Shown here: piece by piece, positions 10,109 to 19,607 of the stretch
How positions within the stretch are numbered: the stretch's first letter is position 1
Layout of the letters: each line of letters opens with the position of its first letter
From: Patescibacteria group bacterium
GTDB lineage: Bacteria > Patescibacteriota > Microgenomatia > Levybacterales > UBA12049
DNA: 64,000 bases
Assembly (NCBI GenBank): GCA_038064195.1
Contig: JBBTTO010000004.1
Location: 2,357-66,356 of the forward strand
Direction of reading: 5' to 3'
Translations under genes and position numbers: made by a program
Notes under the pieces: model-generated
The model's input: the letters and a program-made list of their open reading frames with translations, nothing else
Told to the model about the DNA's origin: nothing
Databases searched by the model: none

Positions 10109-11212
10109 TTAAGGGGAGAGGAGGTCAATAAAGTTAGTGATAAATGACTTCTGTACTCCAACAACTTGTCCACTCTCAGCGGAAACAACCGCTTTAACCG
10201 GCTGAGTTACGGGGATAAATGCTAAGAACTTATATTCCTTTGTTCCATTCATCTCATAAACCGGGCTGCCATCAATAATTTGCAAGTCTACCTGCGTACC
10301 GGCACCCGAACTACCATCCGGAGTTGGCGTTGTAGATGTAGTATCAATTTGATCAACTATTTTTGTTGCTAAAAGAGCTTGAACGGCTTCATCAGGTAAG
10401 ATCGAAACAGCTTTACTTCCCGCAGCAGTCGTCACGATGAGCTGGTTAGTCCCTACATCAATAGAAAGAGGAAATTGGGTTGAGGCAACTACTCCATTTC
10501 GCCTGAGCGTTGGTTTACCGCTCTGGGAAGAAATTTCAATCCCTTCATCTTCCAACTCTTGTTCTGCTTCATTCTCCAGTTCTGATTGCTCGTCTTCATC
10601 AAGCTCAACTTCTGTACCATCCTCGTCTTCAATCTTTTTGACAACCTGTCCATTCACAACTTTATATTTAATTTTCAACTCGCCATGCTCTACCTCTATT
10701 TTTGTCGTTCCGTCATCTTCAACTTTTGTTTTGATTTTTTGACCATCAGATGTCTCAATTTCAGTCTCCTGTTTATTTTCCTCAATTTGCGTGTTGGTCT
10801 TAATAGTTCTGGTCGGAGTTACCACCCGTGATGAACCCCTATTTGAAGACTTGATGATAGAAGATTGAGCAGCGGATTTTTCTGCTTCTTTACGCTGTTC
10901 CTCAACTTTTTTCTCTCTTTCTTTTTGTTGTTCCTCAACTTTTTTCTCTTCCTCTTTTTTCTGCTCGTCTTTTTTATCTTCAGAACTATCGTCATCACCC
11001 AACACATATCCTGCTGCTCCGAGAACTTTTGTGGGGGAATCCAGACGTAACGCGGCTCTCTGAGAAAGAGTCTGAACGAGTGCTATCAGCAATAACGAAC
11101 TGAGGATAGCTCCCGAAACATAAACAATCCTTCCTGAGACAAAAAGCCCCTGAGGGTGTCTTTGAGTCTTTTTAATTGTAGAACTTCGCTTTTTGCTTTT
11201 TTTCCTACTCAT
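10109..11212 (-). CDS. hypothetical membrane-anchored protein with K/E-rich repeat region
   Basis: Basic N-terminus, one TM, EEEKKVEEQQKEREKK low-complexity repeats, C-terminal beta-rich domain. Confidence 0.55.
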   Translation of the reverse strand: MSRKKSKKRSSTIKKTQRHPQGLFVSGRIVYVSGAILSSLLLIALVQTLSQRAALRLDSPTKVLGAAGYVLGDDDSSEDKKDEQKKEEEKKVEEQQKEREKKVEEQRKEAEKSAAQSSIIKSSNRGSSRVVTPTRTIKTNTQIEENKQETEIETSDGQKIKTKVEDDGTTKIEVEHGELKIKYKVVNGQVVKKIEDEDGTEVELDEDEQSELENEAEQELEDEGIEISSQSGKPTLRRNGVVASTQFPLSIDVGTNQLIVTTAAGSKAVSILPDEAVQALLATKIVDQIDTTSTTPTPDGSSGAGTQVDLQIIDGSPVYEMNGTKEYKFLAFIPVTQPVKAVVSAESGQVVGVQKSFITNFIDLLSP

Positions 11213-11306
11213 TTATATAGTTCATCATGAATCATGTTGTTTGTCAATATCACTGGAGATTATTAGTCTTATTGACATACTTTCTAAAATCTGAGATTGT
11301 AAGGAC

Positions 11307-12047
11307 ATGGAAGACGAAAATCAACCGCCAACCGGAACTCCAACAGACTATGTACGACCTCCTGATGCTCAACCTGTAAAAAGCACAGACCTTGATGCTG
11401 ATCGCCCCCCAATAGGAAATACGGGAGGTGTTCATTTATTACCTGACTCACCAGCTGTGGCTTTTCCTACATCCGAAGAGCTCCGATCACTTTCAGCTCA
11501 AAAATCCCCTGACGCAACCCAGGTTACTCCTGAAGAAATAACGGCTCTTAATACGACTCCTGAGATACCTCCTATCCCACCAGAATCAACCCATACAGCA
11601 GCTATGCCCTCAGAACAGAGTATCGATCCGACCATTAAGCCCTTTGATCCTACTACTGCTGAAGCACCTAAGGACGACTATGAAGAGATACTTCCTAATG
11701 GAAGGGTTGCCGGGATACGAGAGTTGCTAGGACGTGTTCCTCAAGCAGTTAAAACTATAGATAACGAAATTGCTGATATCCAAGCATTTTTAAATGATCC
11801 GCGATTGAAAAAAGCTGAGGGGATGGGCTTAATTCAAATAATGCCATCGACAAATGAAAATGTATCTCAAGCAGCATTGTCTCTTATTGCAGAAAAATTA
11901 GCTGATATTAACGCGGGTATGGATAGCACTACTGCTGACCTCCTGCCACAAATTGATGCTGCTGTAGCCAACGCTTCAAGTCAGGTAGCTCAGTCTCCCA
12001 CTTCACCTTCGCAAATAGATCCAGCACCTCAAACTAAAAAAGTTTGA
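11307..12047 (+). CDS. hypothetical acidic Pro/Thr-rich protein
   Basis: 246-aa ORF with no TM and a disordered composition. Confidence 0.45.
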   Translation: MEDENQPPTGTPTDYVRPPDAQPVKSTDLDADRPPIGNTGGVHLLPDSPAVAFPTSEELRSLSAQKSPDATQVTPEEITALNTTPEIPPIPPESTHTAAMPSEQSIDPTIKPFDPTTAEAPKDDYEEILPNGRVAGIRELLGRVPQAVKTIDNEIADIQAFLNDPRLKKAEGMGLIQIMPSTNENVSQAALSLIAEKLADINAGMDSTTADLLPQIDAAVANASSQVAQSPTSPSQIDPAPQTKKV

Positions 12048-12577
12048 CAGAGACGGCAGTATCAGAAAAGACTGCTGTTTGCCAGTGTTTGGTCTTCTGA
12101 AGCGCTCGCATGTACTTGCCCCCCGTCTTATCACGTAAAAACATATTGGCAGTTATTAATAATCCACCAATTGGAAGAAGTCTCTCAAATTCCGAAAGAA
12201 ACTTCATTGACGGTGTATATCCGTCAAAAAAAAATAAGATCATACTCAGGTTTGAGTACTGGCAAAATTTCCTCAGCTTTACCAAATAGCGGATTGATGC
12301 GATCTCTGAGATCGAAATCCTCCCAATTATTTTTAGCTAGACTTAGATGAAGTTCATCCCGATCAATAGTATCTATTTCAATAGTATCTGATGCCTGAGC
12401 CAAACAAGCTGCCGTATAGCCAAGACCTGTACCAAGCTCAAGGACTTTTTTGGCTTTGACCAGCGAGACAAAAAGTCCCAGCATATCTCCATGCCGGTAG
12501 GGGTGACCACCACAATGATGTTCTTCTTGATGTTTGAGTGATCTTTCAAAAAGCAACGTTAACGTAGTATTATTCAC
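12034..12577 (-). pseudogene. class I SAM-dependent O-methyltransferase (CCoAOMT-like), frameshifted at an A9/T9 homopolymer
   Basis: VLELGTGLGYTAAC motif I in one frame; ...DLIFF then FDGYTP...LLPIGGLLI continue in the -1 frame; 9-nt homopolymer at 12226-12234. Confidence 0.6.
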
Positions 12578-12620
12578 GAGGATTATTATATAAAAATGTC
12601 AAAGAGACACTCAACCTCCG

Positions 12621-13121
12621 TTAGGCAAGGACCATTTCGTAAGCTCCTGCGCCGTCTTCATAAAGATTTTTAATGACGCGGCTTACTTCGAAGCCGAATT
12701 TGTTCTCTGCTAAGGTCTTCATGGGGTGATTATCCAGCCTGGTATTAATAATAATGCGTGATGCTTTCAACTCTTTCAGTCTTTTAACACCGAAGGTGAA
12801 GAGCTTTTCGCCAAGTCTCTTCCCGCGATAGTTTTTGTCAACGGCAATAGACCCGATTTCGCCAATTCGTTGGATCCGACTGTTACTACCGCGGACTCTA
12901 CGAATTTCGGAGTGGACATAGCCTATAACTCGACCATTGTCCCTAATCACTCTCAGGCAGTCCGGATCCATGGCCAGTTCTTCGAGAAAATCCTCTTTAA
13001 CCCAATAATCCACAGGAAAAGCCTGCTTCTCAAGCTTAACTAACGACGGCAAATCCGCCATCTGAAATGGCTCAAGAGGATAATTATCAAATATTCTGAT
13101 AAAACGAGATCGAATCGGCAT
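12621..13121 (-). CDS. GNAT family N-acetyltransferase
   Basis: RGKRLGEKLF acetyl-CoA binding motif in a 166-aa ORF. Confidence 0.8.
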   Translation of the reverse strand: MPIRSRFIRIFDNYPLEPFQMADLPSLVKLEKQAFPVDYWVKEDFLEELAMDPDCLRVIRDNGRVIGYVHSEIRRVRGSNSRIQRIGEIGSIAVDKNYRGKRLGEKLFTFGVKRLKELKASRIIINTRLDNHPMKTLAENKFGFEVSRVIKNLYEDGAGAYEMVLA

Positions 13122-13305
13122 AAAGGAGGATTATACTAAATCCTGAGCTCAATTACAACCTATAGTTGTAGACAAGTCTTGCATACAGTGATATAATTAC
13201 AGAAGTGAGGATTCTGAGTAAGAGAAAGCTCCCGTAAAGCTGGGATGCTTTTAACGACTTGGATGACTCTTGGTTATTCGTTTTGTAGCTCAACAGGAGG
13301 TTGAG

Positions 13306-13686
13306 ATGGATACACGACGTGAAAAGGCGCTTGCGGATGCGCAGTTGGTAACAGCGCTGCTATTCGGAGTGTTGGGGACTACTTTAGTCCTAAGGATTGT
13401 CAAAACCGCCTATGATGGCGAGCCGATCCGATCACTCTATGTTGGCGCGTTGCTGGTATGTCTGGTGACAGGCGCCAGCGTCTTTCTGGGCGATCGCGTA
13501 CGACGCATCGTCGGGTGGTCTTACATGGCCGTCATGGCGTTGTCGATTCCGTTGTTCATATTCGGAGCAGGACTCGGCAACACCTGGATGCAGGATCACT
13601 CCGTTGACTTTTTGTTCGCCGGTTTTCCTGCGATGATTCTTCTCTGGCCTGACAGCCAAAGAGTCAATCCAAGCACGGTCGAATAA
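13306..13686 (+). CDS. hypothetical small membrane protein on a high-GC insert
   Basis: AGGAGG 5 nt upstream of the ATG at 13306; 3-4 TM segments; local GC far above window average. Confidence 0.5.
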   Translation: MDTRREKALADAQLVTALLFGVLGTTLVLRIVKTAYDGEPIRSLYVGALLVCLVTGASVFLGDRVRRIVGWSYMAVMALSIPLFIFGAGLGNTWMQDHSVDFLFAGFPAMILLWPDSQRVNPSTVE

Positions 13687-13691
13687 CCATC

Positions 13692-13768
13692 AACGGGGGT
13701 ATAAGGACGAACGCTCACGCGTTCACGCCACGGCCTGAGGCCGAGACGTCACTACTTATACCCCGTTT
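13692..13768 (+). terminator. long hairpin (13-bp inverted repeat) closing the high-GC insert
   Basis: AACGGGGGTATAAG...CTTATACCCCGTTTTCGTTTT. Confidence 0.4.
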
Positions 13769-13810
13769 TCGTTTTAAAGAGTCAATAAGAACAAGCTTAG
13801 GAATTATTTT

Positions 13811-14818
13811 TTATGCATTGATCATGTATTGGATGAGCTTTCTATAGAGATTTTTGACAATTTCTTTTTGTTTGGCACCTGTCTCTGCATAGTAATCCAG
13901 CCCGGGGGCGGAATTGATCTCAATAACGGTGTAATCTGAAATGGGCTGATCTATAGGACCTCCTGTCATGATATCGACCCCACAAAACCTCAAACCCATA
14001 TCACGGGTTAACTTTATAGCCATTTTCTTATAATCCTCATGAAGCAAGTCTGTTACATCCTCAGCATCTCCGCCTGATGAAAGGTTGGCATTTGCCAGCA
14101 ATTCCATCGTCTTACCTGACTCCGGGATAGTATCTAATGTTGAATGAAGGTAAGTTAGAGAATGGGCGATACGCGGATCTTCAATAGTGAGTGTCGTATC
14201 CCGCCCGCGAGTTACGAACTCGGCTTGTTTGGCTTGTAATAACTGAGTAACCGTACTTTTACCGTTCCCGACAATTGCGAGTGGTGTACGTCGATACGCA
14301 CAGATGACCTCCCGATCTAACACAACTATGCGATAGTCTTTCCCCACAGCTACTTCTTGCACTATGGCTACGCGATCTTTAATATCCTCAAAAATCATAG
14401 ACATTGCGCCTTTAAGTTCGTCAACATTGTGAACCTTTACAACACCCCTGCCTTGACTTTCACTGTTAGGTTTGACTATGAGGGGGAAGCCAAGCTTTTC
14501 AGCGTACTTGACAGCGGCCATTGTATCTTTGTCTGATTTGACAATTTTGGACCAGTAATCTGAATAGAAAGAATCTCCTTCAGGGACGGGATAACCTAAT
14601 TCCTTCATGAAGTAGGAGGCAAAAGTCTTATCTTTGGCTATTTCACTGGCACCTAGTCCGTTGATATCAAAGCGTGTCGTGTGATAAAAAAGGATTTTTC
14701 CTGTCCTAGTCTTGATACGCCCGACGTAGCCGTAGCTGGGCTCAATGAGGATCTCATAGCCCAACTCGTCAGCAAATTCGGCTAAATAGGCGCTGATCTG
14801 GGGATAATGTTTATTCAT
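13811..14818 (-). CDS. ATP-grasp family ligase (RimK/cyanophycin-synthetase-like)
   Basis: KDKTFASYFMKELGYPVPEG and downstream ATP-grasp-type segments. Confidence 0.6.
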   Translation of the reverse strand: MNKHYPQISAYLAEFADELGYEILIEPSYGYVGRIKTRTGKILFYHTTRFDINGLGASEIAKDKTFASYFMKELGYPVPEGDSFYSDYWSKIVKSDKDTMAAVKYAEKLGFPLIVKPNSESQGRGVVKVHNVDELKGAMSMIFEDIKDRVAIVQEVAVGKDYRIVVLDREVICAYRRTPLAIVGNGKSTVTQLLQAKQAEFVTRGRDTTLTIEDPRIAHSLTYLHSTLDTIPESGKTMELLANANLSSGGDAEDVTDLLHEDYKKMAIKLTRDMGLRFCGVDIMTGGPIDQPISDYTVIEINSAPGLDYYAETGAKQKEIVKNLYRKLIQYMINA

Positions 14819-15345
14819 TGTGCTGAGAGGCTCGGTCTAGAATCTTCTTATCCTTATAGCATTGTATCATCTCCAGACTAAATGAGACAATATAAAAAGA
14901 GGTGTCTTATTTCCTATAATATCCCATAACAACACAACTGATAAATGATATATTTATAAAAGACAACGACAGAGCTTTATGTGTGGCAACAAGTATTTCT
15001 TCGATTTCTACAGTAGTCACCCACGCAAACATTTTCTTGTTATCAAGTCGTAATATCTTCGTGTAACCTGTTGTCTCAATAAGTCTATATGATCCTCGTT
15101 GAATAAATTGAACCACAGCAAAACTATATACCCTAATATTCTGTAAGGCATTGATTTTCGTCACTTCTAATCTTTGATATATATCACTGCATCCTGCCTT
15201 TTAAAGGAGTAAAAATAAGTCATGGAGATTGTATTGAAATCTTGGATGATCATTTTATCCACTCCAGTAGATCTGAGGGAGGAAAAGAATGTGAATTCCA
15301 TAATATTGCACAACATGATCTTGGAACGAAGGAGGTGATAATGCT

Positions 15346-15756
15346 ATGAATGATCTTTTACCAAGAAGCTTTTGGAGATTTCCGATAATTTCTTTTCCAT
15401 CGTTTATGGAAGACATCGAGGATCTCCTCCCAACATCAAATTTCTTAAACGGGTTATCTGTATTAGAAGACGATAAGAATGTCTATATTGAAGCATCAGT
15501 ACCAGGTCTTGACCCGAAAGAGGTAGATGTTACCTTTTCCAAAGGAGTGCTTACCATAAAAGGCGAGAAGAAGGAGGAAGAGAAAGGAAAGACGTTTCAC
15601 AGAAAAGCAACACGGTCTTTCTTCTATCGGGTAACACCAGGTGACGTTGACCCAAAGGCAGAGCCACAGGCAATATGTAAAAACGGAGTGATGACCGTAA
15701 CATTTGCAAAAGTGCATGAGGCAGAACCAAAAAAGATTGCAGTAAAAACTGCATGA
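15346..15756 (+). CDS. Hsp20/alpha-crystallin small heat-shock protein
   Basis: alpha-crystallin domain (VLEDDKNVYIEASVPGLDPKEVDV..GVLTIKGEK..NGVMTVTF); GGAGGTGA RBS. Confidence 0.85.
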   Translation: MNDLLPRSFWRFPIISFPSFMEDIEDLLPTSNFLNGLSVLEDDKNVYIEASVPGLDPKEVDVTFSKGVLTIKGEKKEEEKGKTFHRKATRSFFYRVTPGDVDPKAEPQAICKNGVMTVTFAKVHEAEPKKIAVKTA

Positions 15757-15878
15757 TTACAAAATGCGCTGGCAGGCTCGGGAAAAGGTAGGTGCGAAAA
15801 CGTGTCTACTGACAGTCTGCCAGCACAAAGAGCTTATCAAATTATTGTAAAAATACACTTGAAAGAAGGTGAGCATAC

Positions 15879-16283
15879 ATGAAGAAAATAAGTGTTACAA
15901 CAACAAAAGATAAAGAGGTTGTCGATATAACAGATGAGATAAATACGGTCCTTACAAAAAGCAAGACAAAAGATGGGCTTTGCCATTTATTCCTCCCTCA
16001 CTCAACAGCAGGCTTAACAACCGCGCTTATAAGTAGTGAGAATGAGCTTGATCTGATAGGCGTATTTGATATTGCTCTCCCACATATCACAAACCAACGA
16101 CATGAACATGAACATAGTCATATCATGAGCCGTTTACCCGATCATATTATTTCCTCTTTCCTTGGAACTTCTTTGGCAATTCCGATTAAAAATGGGGTAC
16201 TTGCCCTCGGAGAGTTTCAGCGAGTAGTACTGGTTGAGTTAAACGGACCGAGAAAACGTACTGTTATGTTGTATTACGATTGA
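15879..16283 (+). CDS. YjbQ/UPF0047 family protein
   Basis: HSTAGLTTALISSENE...GEFQRVVLVELNGP pattern typical of YjbQ. Confidence 0.65.
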   Translation: MKKISVTTTKDKEVVDITDEINTVLTKSKTKDGLCHLFLPHSTAGLTTALISSENELDLIGVFDIALPHITNQRHEHEHSHIMSRLPDHIISSFLGTSLAIPIKNGVLALGEFQRVVLVELNGPRKRTVMLYYD

Positions 16284-16295
16284 GAAAGAAGGATT

Positions 16296-17939
16296 ATGTA
16301 TTTTAAAGACAGAACAGAAGCAGGTCGGCTGCTTGCATACAAACTCAAAAAATATAGAGGTAAAGACGTTGTTGTTTATGCATTGCCAAGAGGTGGTGTT
16401 GTAACTGCGCTTGAAATAGCAAAGTATTTGGATGCTCCTTTAGATTTGATAATTACCCGAAAAATTGGCCACCCAGACAATCCCGAATATGCAATTGCAG
16501 CAACAGCTGAAAATGGACACCTTGTCGGGACTAAGGAAGAACTTGAGTCAGTTGATAAAGAATGGCTGAAAAAGGAAGTCTCAAAACAACGCCTTGAGGC
16601 AAGAAGAAGACGGGAACTCTATCTTGCTGGAAGAGCTGAAATCCAATCCCTTGGAAAAATAGCAATTCTCGTCGATGATGGTATCGCAACTGGGCTGACT
16701 ATGCGCAGCGGGATAAAAGAGCTCAAGCACAAAAAGCCCAAAAAAATTATTATCTCAGTCCCCATAATTCCCAAGACAACGGCCAGTATTCTAAATCAAG
16801 AAGCAAATGACGTAGTGGCGCTTGATATTCCTGAAGATTATGAATTCTTAGGTGCAGTAGGCGCGTACTATAGCGATTTTTCGCCAGTTGAAGATGAGGA
16901 GGTCATCGCAATGCTCAAGGCCTATGAAAAACAGAGAAAAGAACCAATTAAACAAAATCAGGCATTTTTCTCACAACCACTAATTGATCCTACACTCTTT
17001 ACCTTTCCCTCACATAGATACATGGTTGAGAAGTTAAAAGAAATACCCAATCTTACTATTGGAAAATTTTCCCTGGAGCGTTTCCCCAATAACGAACTCT
17101 ATATTATGCTGCATACACATGCAACTGAGCGAGAATGTATCGTTGTTGGATCAATTTCTCCTCCTGACACGAACTTGATTTCTTTCCTTCTCCTGTGCCA
17201 CACATTAAAAAAAGAGAATGCGCATAGTATAACAGCAGTACTTCCTTATCTTGCCTATTCTCGTCATGATAAAAAAGAGTATCAAAGAAGTTATGCGACT
17301 GTACTTATCGGCGAATTACTCAGTACGTCAGGGGCAGATCGTGTTGTCACTGTTGATGTCCATAGTCTGCATGTAAAGCAGCTTTTTCCAATTCCGTTGA
17401 TTTCACTCTCTCCAGCCAAATTATTTGCCGAAGAATTGAAAAAGTTAAACTTACAAAACGTAACAATTGTTGCGCCGGATGAAGGAGCAATAAAACGCGC
17501 TGAAGCGGTAAGAAGAGAGGCAGGAATCAAAAAAGAAATTGCGTATGTTGTAAAAAAACGGACAGCTGATGGAGTAAAACTGATAGAGCTTCATGGAAAA
17601 GTAAGTAAAACTGCAGTTATTGTCGATGATATTCTTGATACCGGTAAAACGCTTATTTCCTGTTGCGAAAAACTCAAGGAAAAAGGCGCTCGGGATATAT
17701 ATATCATGGTTACCCATGGACAATTTAACGGCATTGAATGGAAGCAATTATGGAAACTTGGGGTAAAACGCATGTACTGTACAGATACTATTCCTTTACC
17801 AAAACATGCCAAATCGAAAAATATTACCGTTGTTTCAATTATTCCTTTACTTGTCGATGAATTAAAAGAGGAAAACAAGGATATATTTACCGTTGATGCA
17901 AGTCAACGATACAGCTTTTATGATTATGATGAGCGATAG
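16296..17939 (+). CDS. fusion protein: type I phosphoribosyltransferase domain + ribose-phosphate pyrophosphokinase (PRPP synthetase) domain
   Basis: N-terminal half has PRTase motif ILVDDGIATGLTM; C-terminal half has Prs motifs NELYIML...AVLPYLAYSRHDKK and VIVDDILDTGKTL. Confidence 0.75.
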   Translation: MYFKDRTEAGRLLAYKLKKYRGKDVVVYALPRGGVVTALEIAKYLDAPLDLIITRKIGHPDNPEYAIAATAENGHLVGTKEELESVDKEWLKKEVSKQRLEARRRRELYLAGRAEIQSLGKIAILVDDGIATGLTMRSGIKELKHKKPKKIIISVPIIPKTTASILNQEANDVVALDIPEDYEFLGAVGAYYSDFSPVEDEEVIAMLKAYEKQRKEPIKQNQAFFSQPLIDPTLFTFPSHRYMVEKLKEIPNLTIGKFSLERFPNNELYIMLHTHATERECIVVGSISPPDTNLISFLLLCHTLKKENAHSITAVLPYLAYSRHDKKEYQRSYATVLIGELLSTSGADRVVTVDVHSLHVKQLFPIPLISLSPAKLFAEELKKLNLQNVTIVAPDEGAIKRAEAVRREAGIKKEIAYVVKKRTADGVKLIELHGKVSKTAVIVDDILDTGKTLISCCEKLKEKGARDIYIMVTHGQFNGIEWKQLWKLGVKRMYCTDTIPLPKHAKSKNITVVSIIPLLVDELKEENKDIFTVDASQRYSFYDYDER

Positions 17940-17944
17940 AAACT

Positions 17945-18583
17945 ATGGAAAATTTAGTACGCATAAAAATCAACAGTATAACACTTGAAGGGATGTTGGC
18001 TATTCCTAAAAATGCAAAAGGAATTGTGCTTTTTGCGCATGGAAGCGGCAGCAGTAGATTATCTCCGCGCAATAATTTTGTCGCAACTGTTTTACAGAAG
18101 GCAGGGATTGGAACATTGCTCATAGATTTACTCACAGAACAAGAAGATGAGATATACCAAACCCGTTTTGACATCGACCTCTTAACTGATCGTCTCGTTA
18201 CCATAATAGAATGGCTTAACAAAAATTCTGACACGAAGCATCTATCTCTAGGGCTTTTTGGAGCAAGTACGGGTGCTGCATCTGCATTAAAGGTAGCGGC
18301 AAAACTTGGAAAAAAGATAAAAGCAGTCGTGTCCCGGGGTGGACGTCCTGATCTGGCAATGGATGTATTAGATAAAGTTACCTCACCTACTCTTCTTATT
18401 GTTGGAGGTAATGATTTCGGTGTTATTGAGCTTAATGAACAAGCATTTCAGGTATTAGGATCCACAAAAAAGCTAGAGATTGTTGAGGGAGCCACCCATT
18501 TATTTGAAGAAGAGGGGGCTTTAGCAGAGGTAGCACATCTTGCAACAAGTTGGTTTAAGAAGTATTTACCTAAACAAATTTAA
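17945..18583 (+). CDS. dienelactone-hydrolase-like alpha/beta hydrolase
   Basis: GIVLFAHGSGSS and nucleophile elbow FGASTGA. Confidence 0.7.
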   Translation: MENLVRIKINSITLEGMLAIPKNAKGIVLFAHGSGSSRLSPRNNFVATVLQKAGIGTLLIDLLTEQEDEIYQTRFDIDLLTDRLVTIIEWLNKNSDTKHLSLGLFGASTGAASALKVAAKLGKKIKAVVSRGGRPDLAMDVLDKVTSPTLLIVGGNDFGVIELNEQAFQVLGSTKKLEIVEGATHLFEEEGALAEVAHLATSWFKKYLPKQI

Positions 18584-18588
18584 AGATT

Positions 18589-19590
18589 ATGAAATTAGTC
18601 TTAGTTGGTGATGTCATGTTGGGTCGATTAGTTAATGAAGAACTAAAAAGAGAAAGTCCTAAGTTGCCTTGGGGAGATACATTGCCAATCTTTAAAAATG
18701 CGGATCTGAGAATTTGCAATTTGGAATGTGTTTTGTCAGATGTAGGAGAACCTTGGCCCAACAAAACTTTTCATTTTAGAACTGATGAGAAAAATATTCA
18801 GACGCTTCTGGCAGCAGAAATTGGCATGGTTTCGCTTGCCAATAATCATGCACTTGACTATGGCCATGAAGCACTGCTTCGCATGATGAAAATTTTAGGT
18901 GAAAATGCCATTAATTATGCTGGCATCGGACCAAATTTTTTAGAAGCAGCTGAGCCAGCAATCTGTCGTGTTAATTCTCAAAAAGTAGGGCTTCTTGCAT
19001 TTACCGATAATGAGCCTGACTGGGAGGCAAAAGAAAATAAGCCAGGATTATTTTACGTACCAATTGACCCCGATTCAATCGGGGTTGATGCAAGAGACAA
19101 GAGAGCGCAATATCTTTTTGAGCTAATTCAAAAAACCCGTGATGACGTTGATCTTCTTATAGTATCAGCACACTGGGGACCAAATTGGGGATATTCCCCC
19201 CCAAAGGAGCATATCGCCTTCGCTCACCTTCTTATTGACTCTGGTGCCGATATTATCTTTGGTCATTCTCCTCATGTCTTCCGGGGTATTGAGCTCTATA
19301 AAGACAAACCAATTTTCTATAGTTGCGGGAATTTTATCGACGATTACGCCGTAGATGAAATCGAGAGAAATGATGAGTCTTTCGTTTTTCTTCTTGAGAC
19401 AAAAAAGAGTGGAGTAACAAAACTCCAACTATATCCAACGCTCATCGCAAATTTTCAGGCGAAAAAAGCTCATTCTGAGGATGCAAGACGCATTGGCCTG
19501 CTTATGCAAAAACTCTCAAGTGAACTTGGAACACCTTCGCAGTGGAACAGAGCAAAAGAAATGTTAGAGATACAGATGACTATGAATTAA
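18589..19590 (+). CDS. CapA-family metallophosphoesterase (PGA_cap)
   Basis: LVGDVMLGR N-terminus and LANNHALDYG motif. Confidence 0.8.
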   Translation: MKLVLVGDVMLGRLVNEELKRESPKLPWGDTLPIFKNADLRICNLECVLSDVGEPWPNKTFHFRTDEKNIQTLLAAEIGMVSLANNHALDYGHEALLRMMKILGENAINYAGIGPNFLEAAEPAICRVNSQKVGLLAFTDNEPDWEAKENKPGLFYVPIDPDSIGVDARDKRAQYLFELIQKTRDDVDLLIVSAHWGPNWGYSPPKEHIAFAHLLIDSGADIIFGHSPHVFRGIELYKDKPIFYSCGNFIDDYAVDEIERNDESFVFLLETKKSGVTKLQLYPTLIANFQAKKAHSEDARRIGLLMQKLSSELGTPSQWNRAKEMLEIQMTMN

Positions 19591-19607
19591 GGAATTAACA
19601 GAAGCCC

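Noticed and set aside
10437-11050. Several 60-100-aa ORFs of both strands with low-complexity composition
   Set aside because: They lie inside the K/E-rich repeat region of the 10109..11212 gene and are frame artefacts of repetitive GAA/AAG-rich DNA.
14907-15164. 85-aa minus-strand ORF in an AT-rich gap
   Set aside because: No RBS, no motifs, and a composition typical of intergenic DNA. It may rather be the Hsp20 promoter region.
17291-17878. Three overlapping minus-strand ORFs
   Set aside because: Internal to the Prs half of the PRTase-Prs fusion gene. No independent support.
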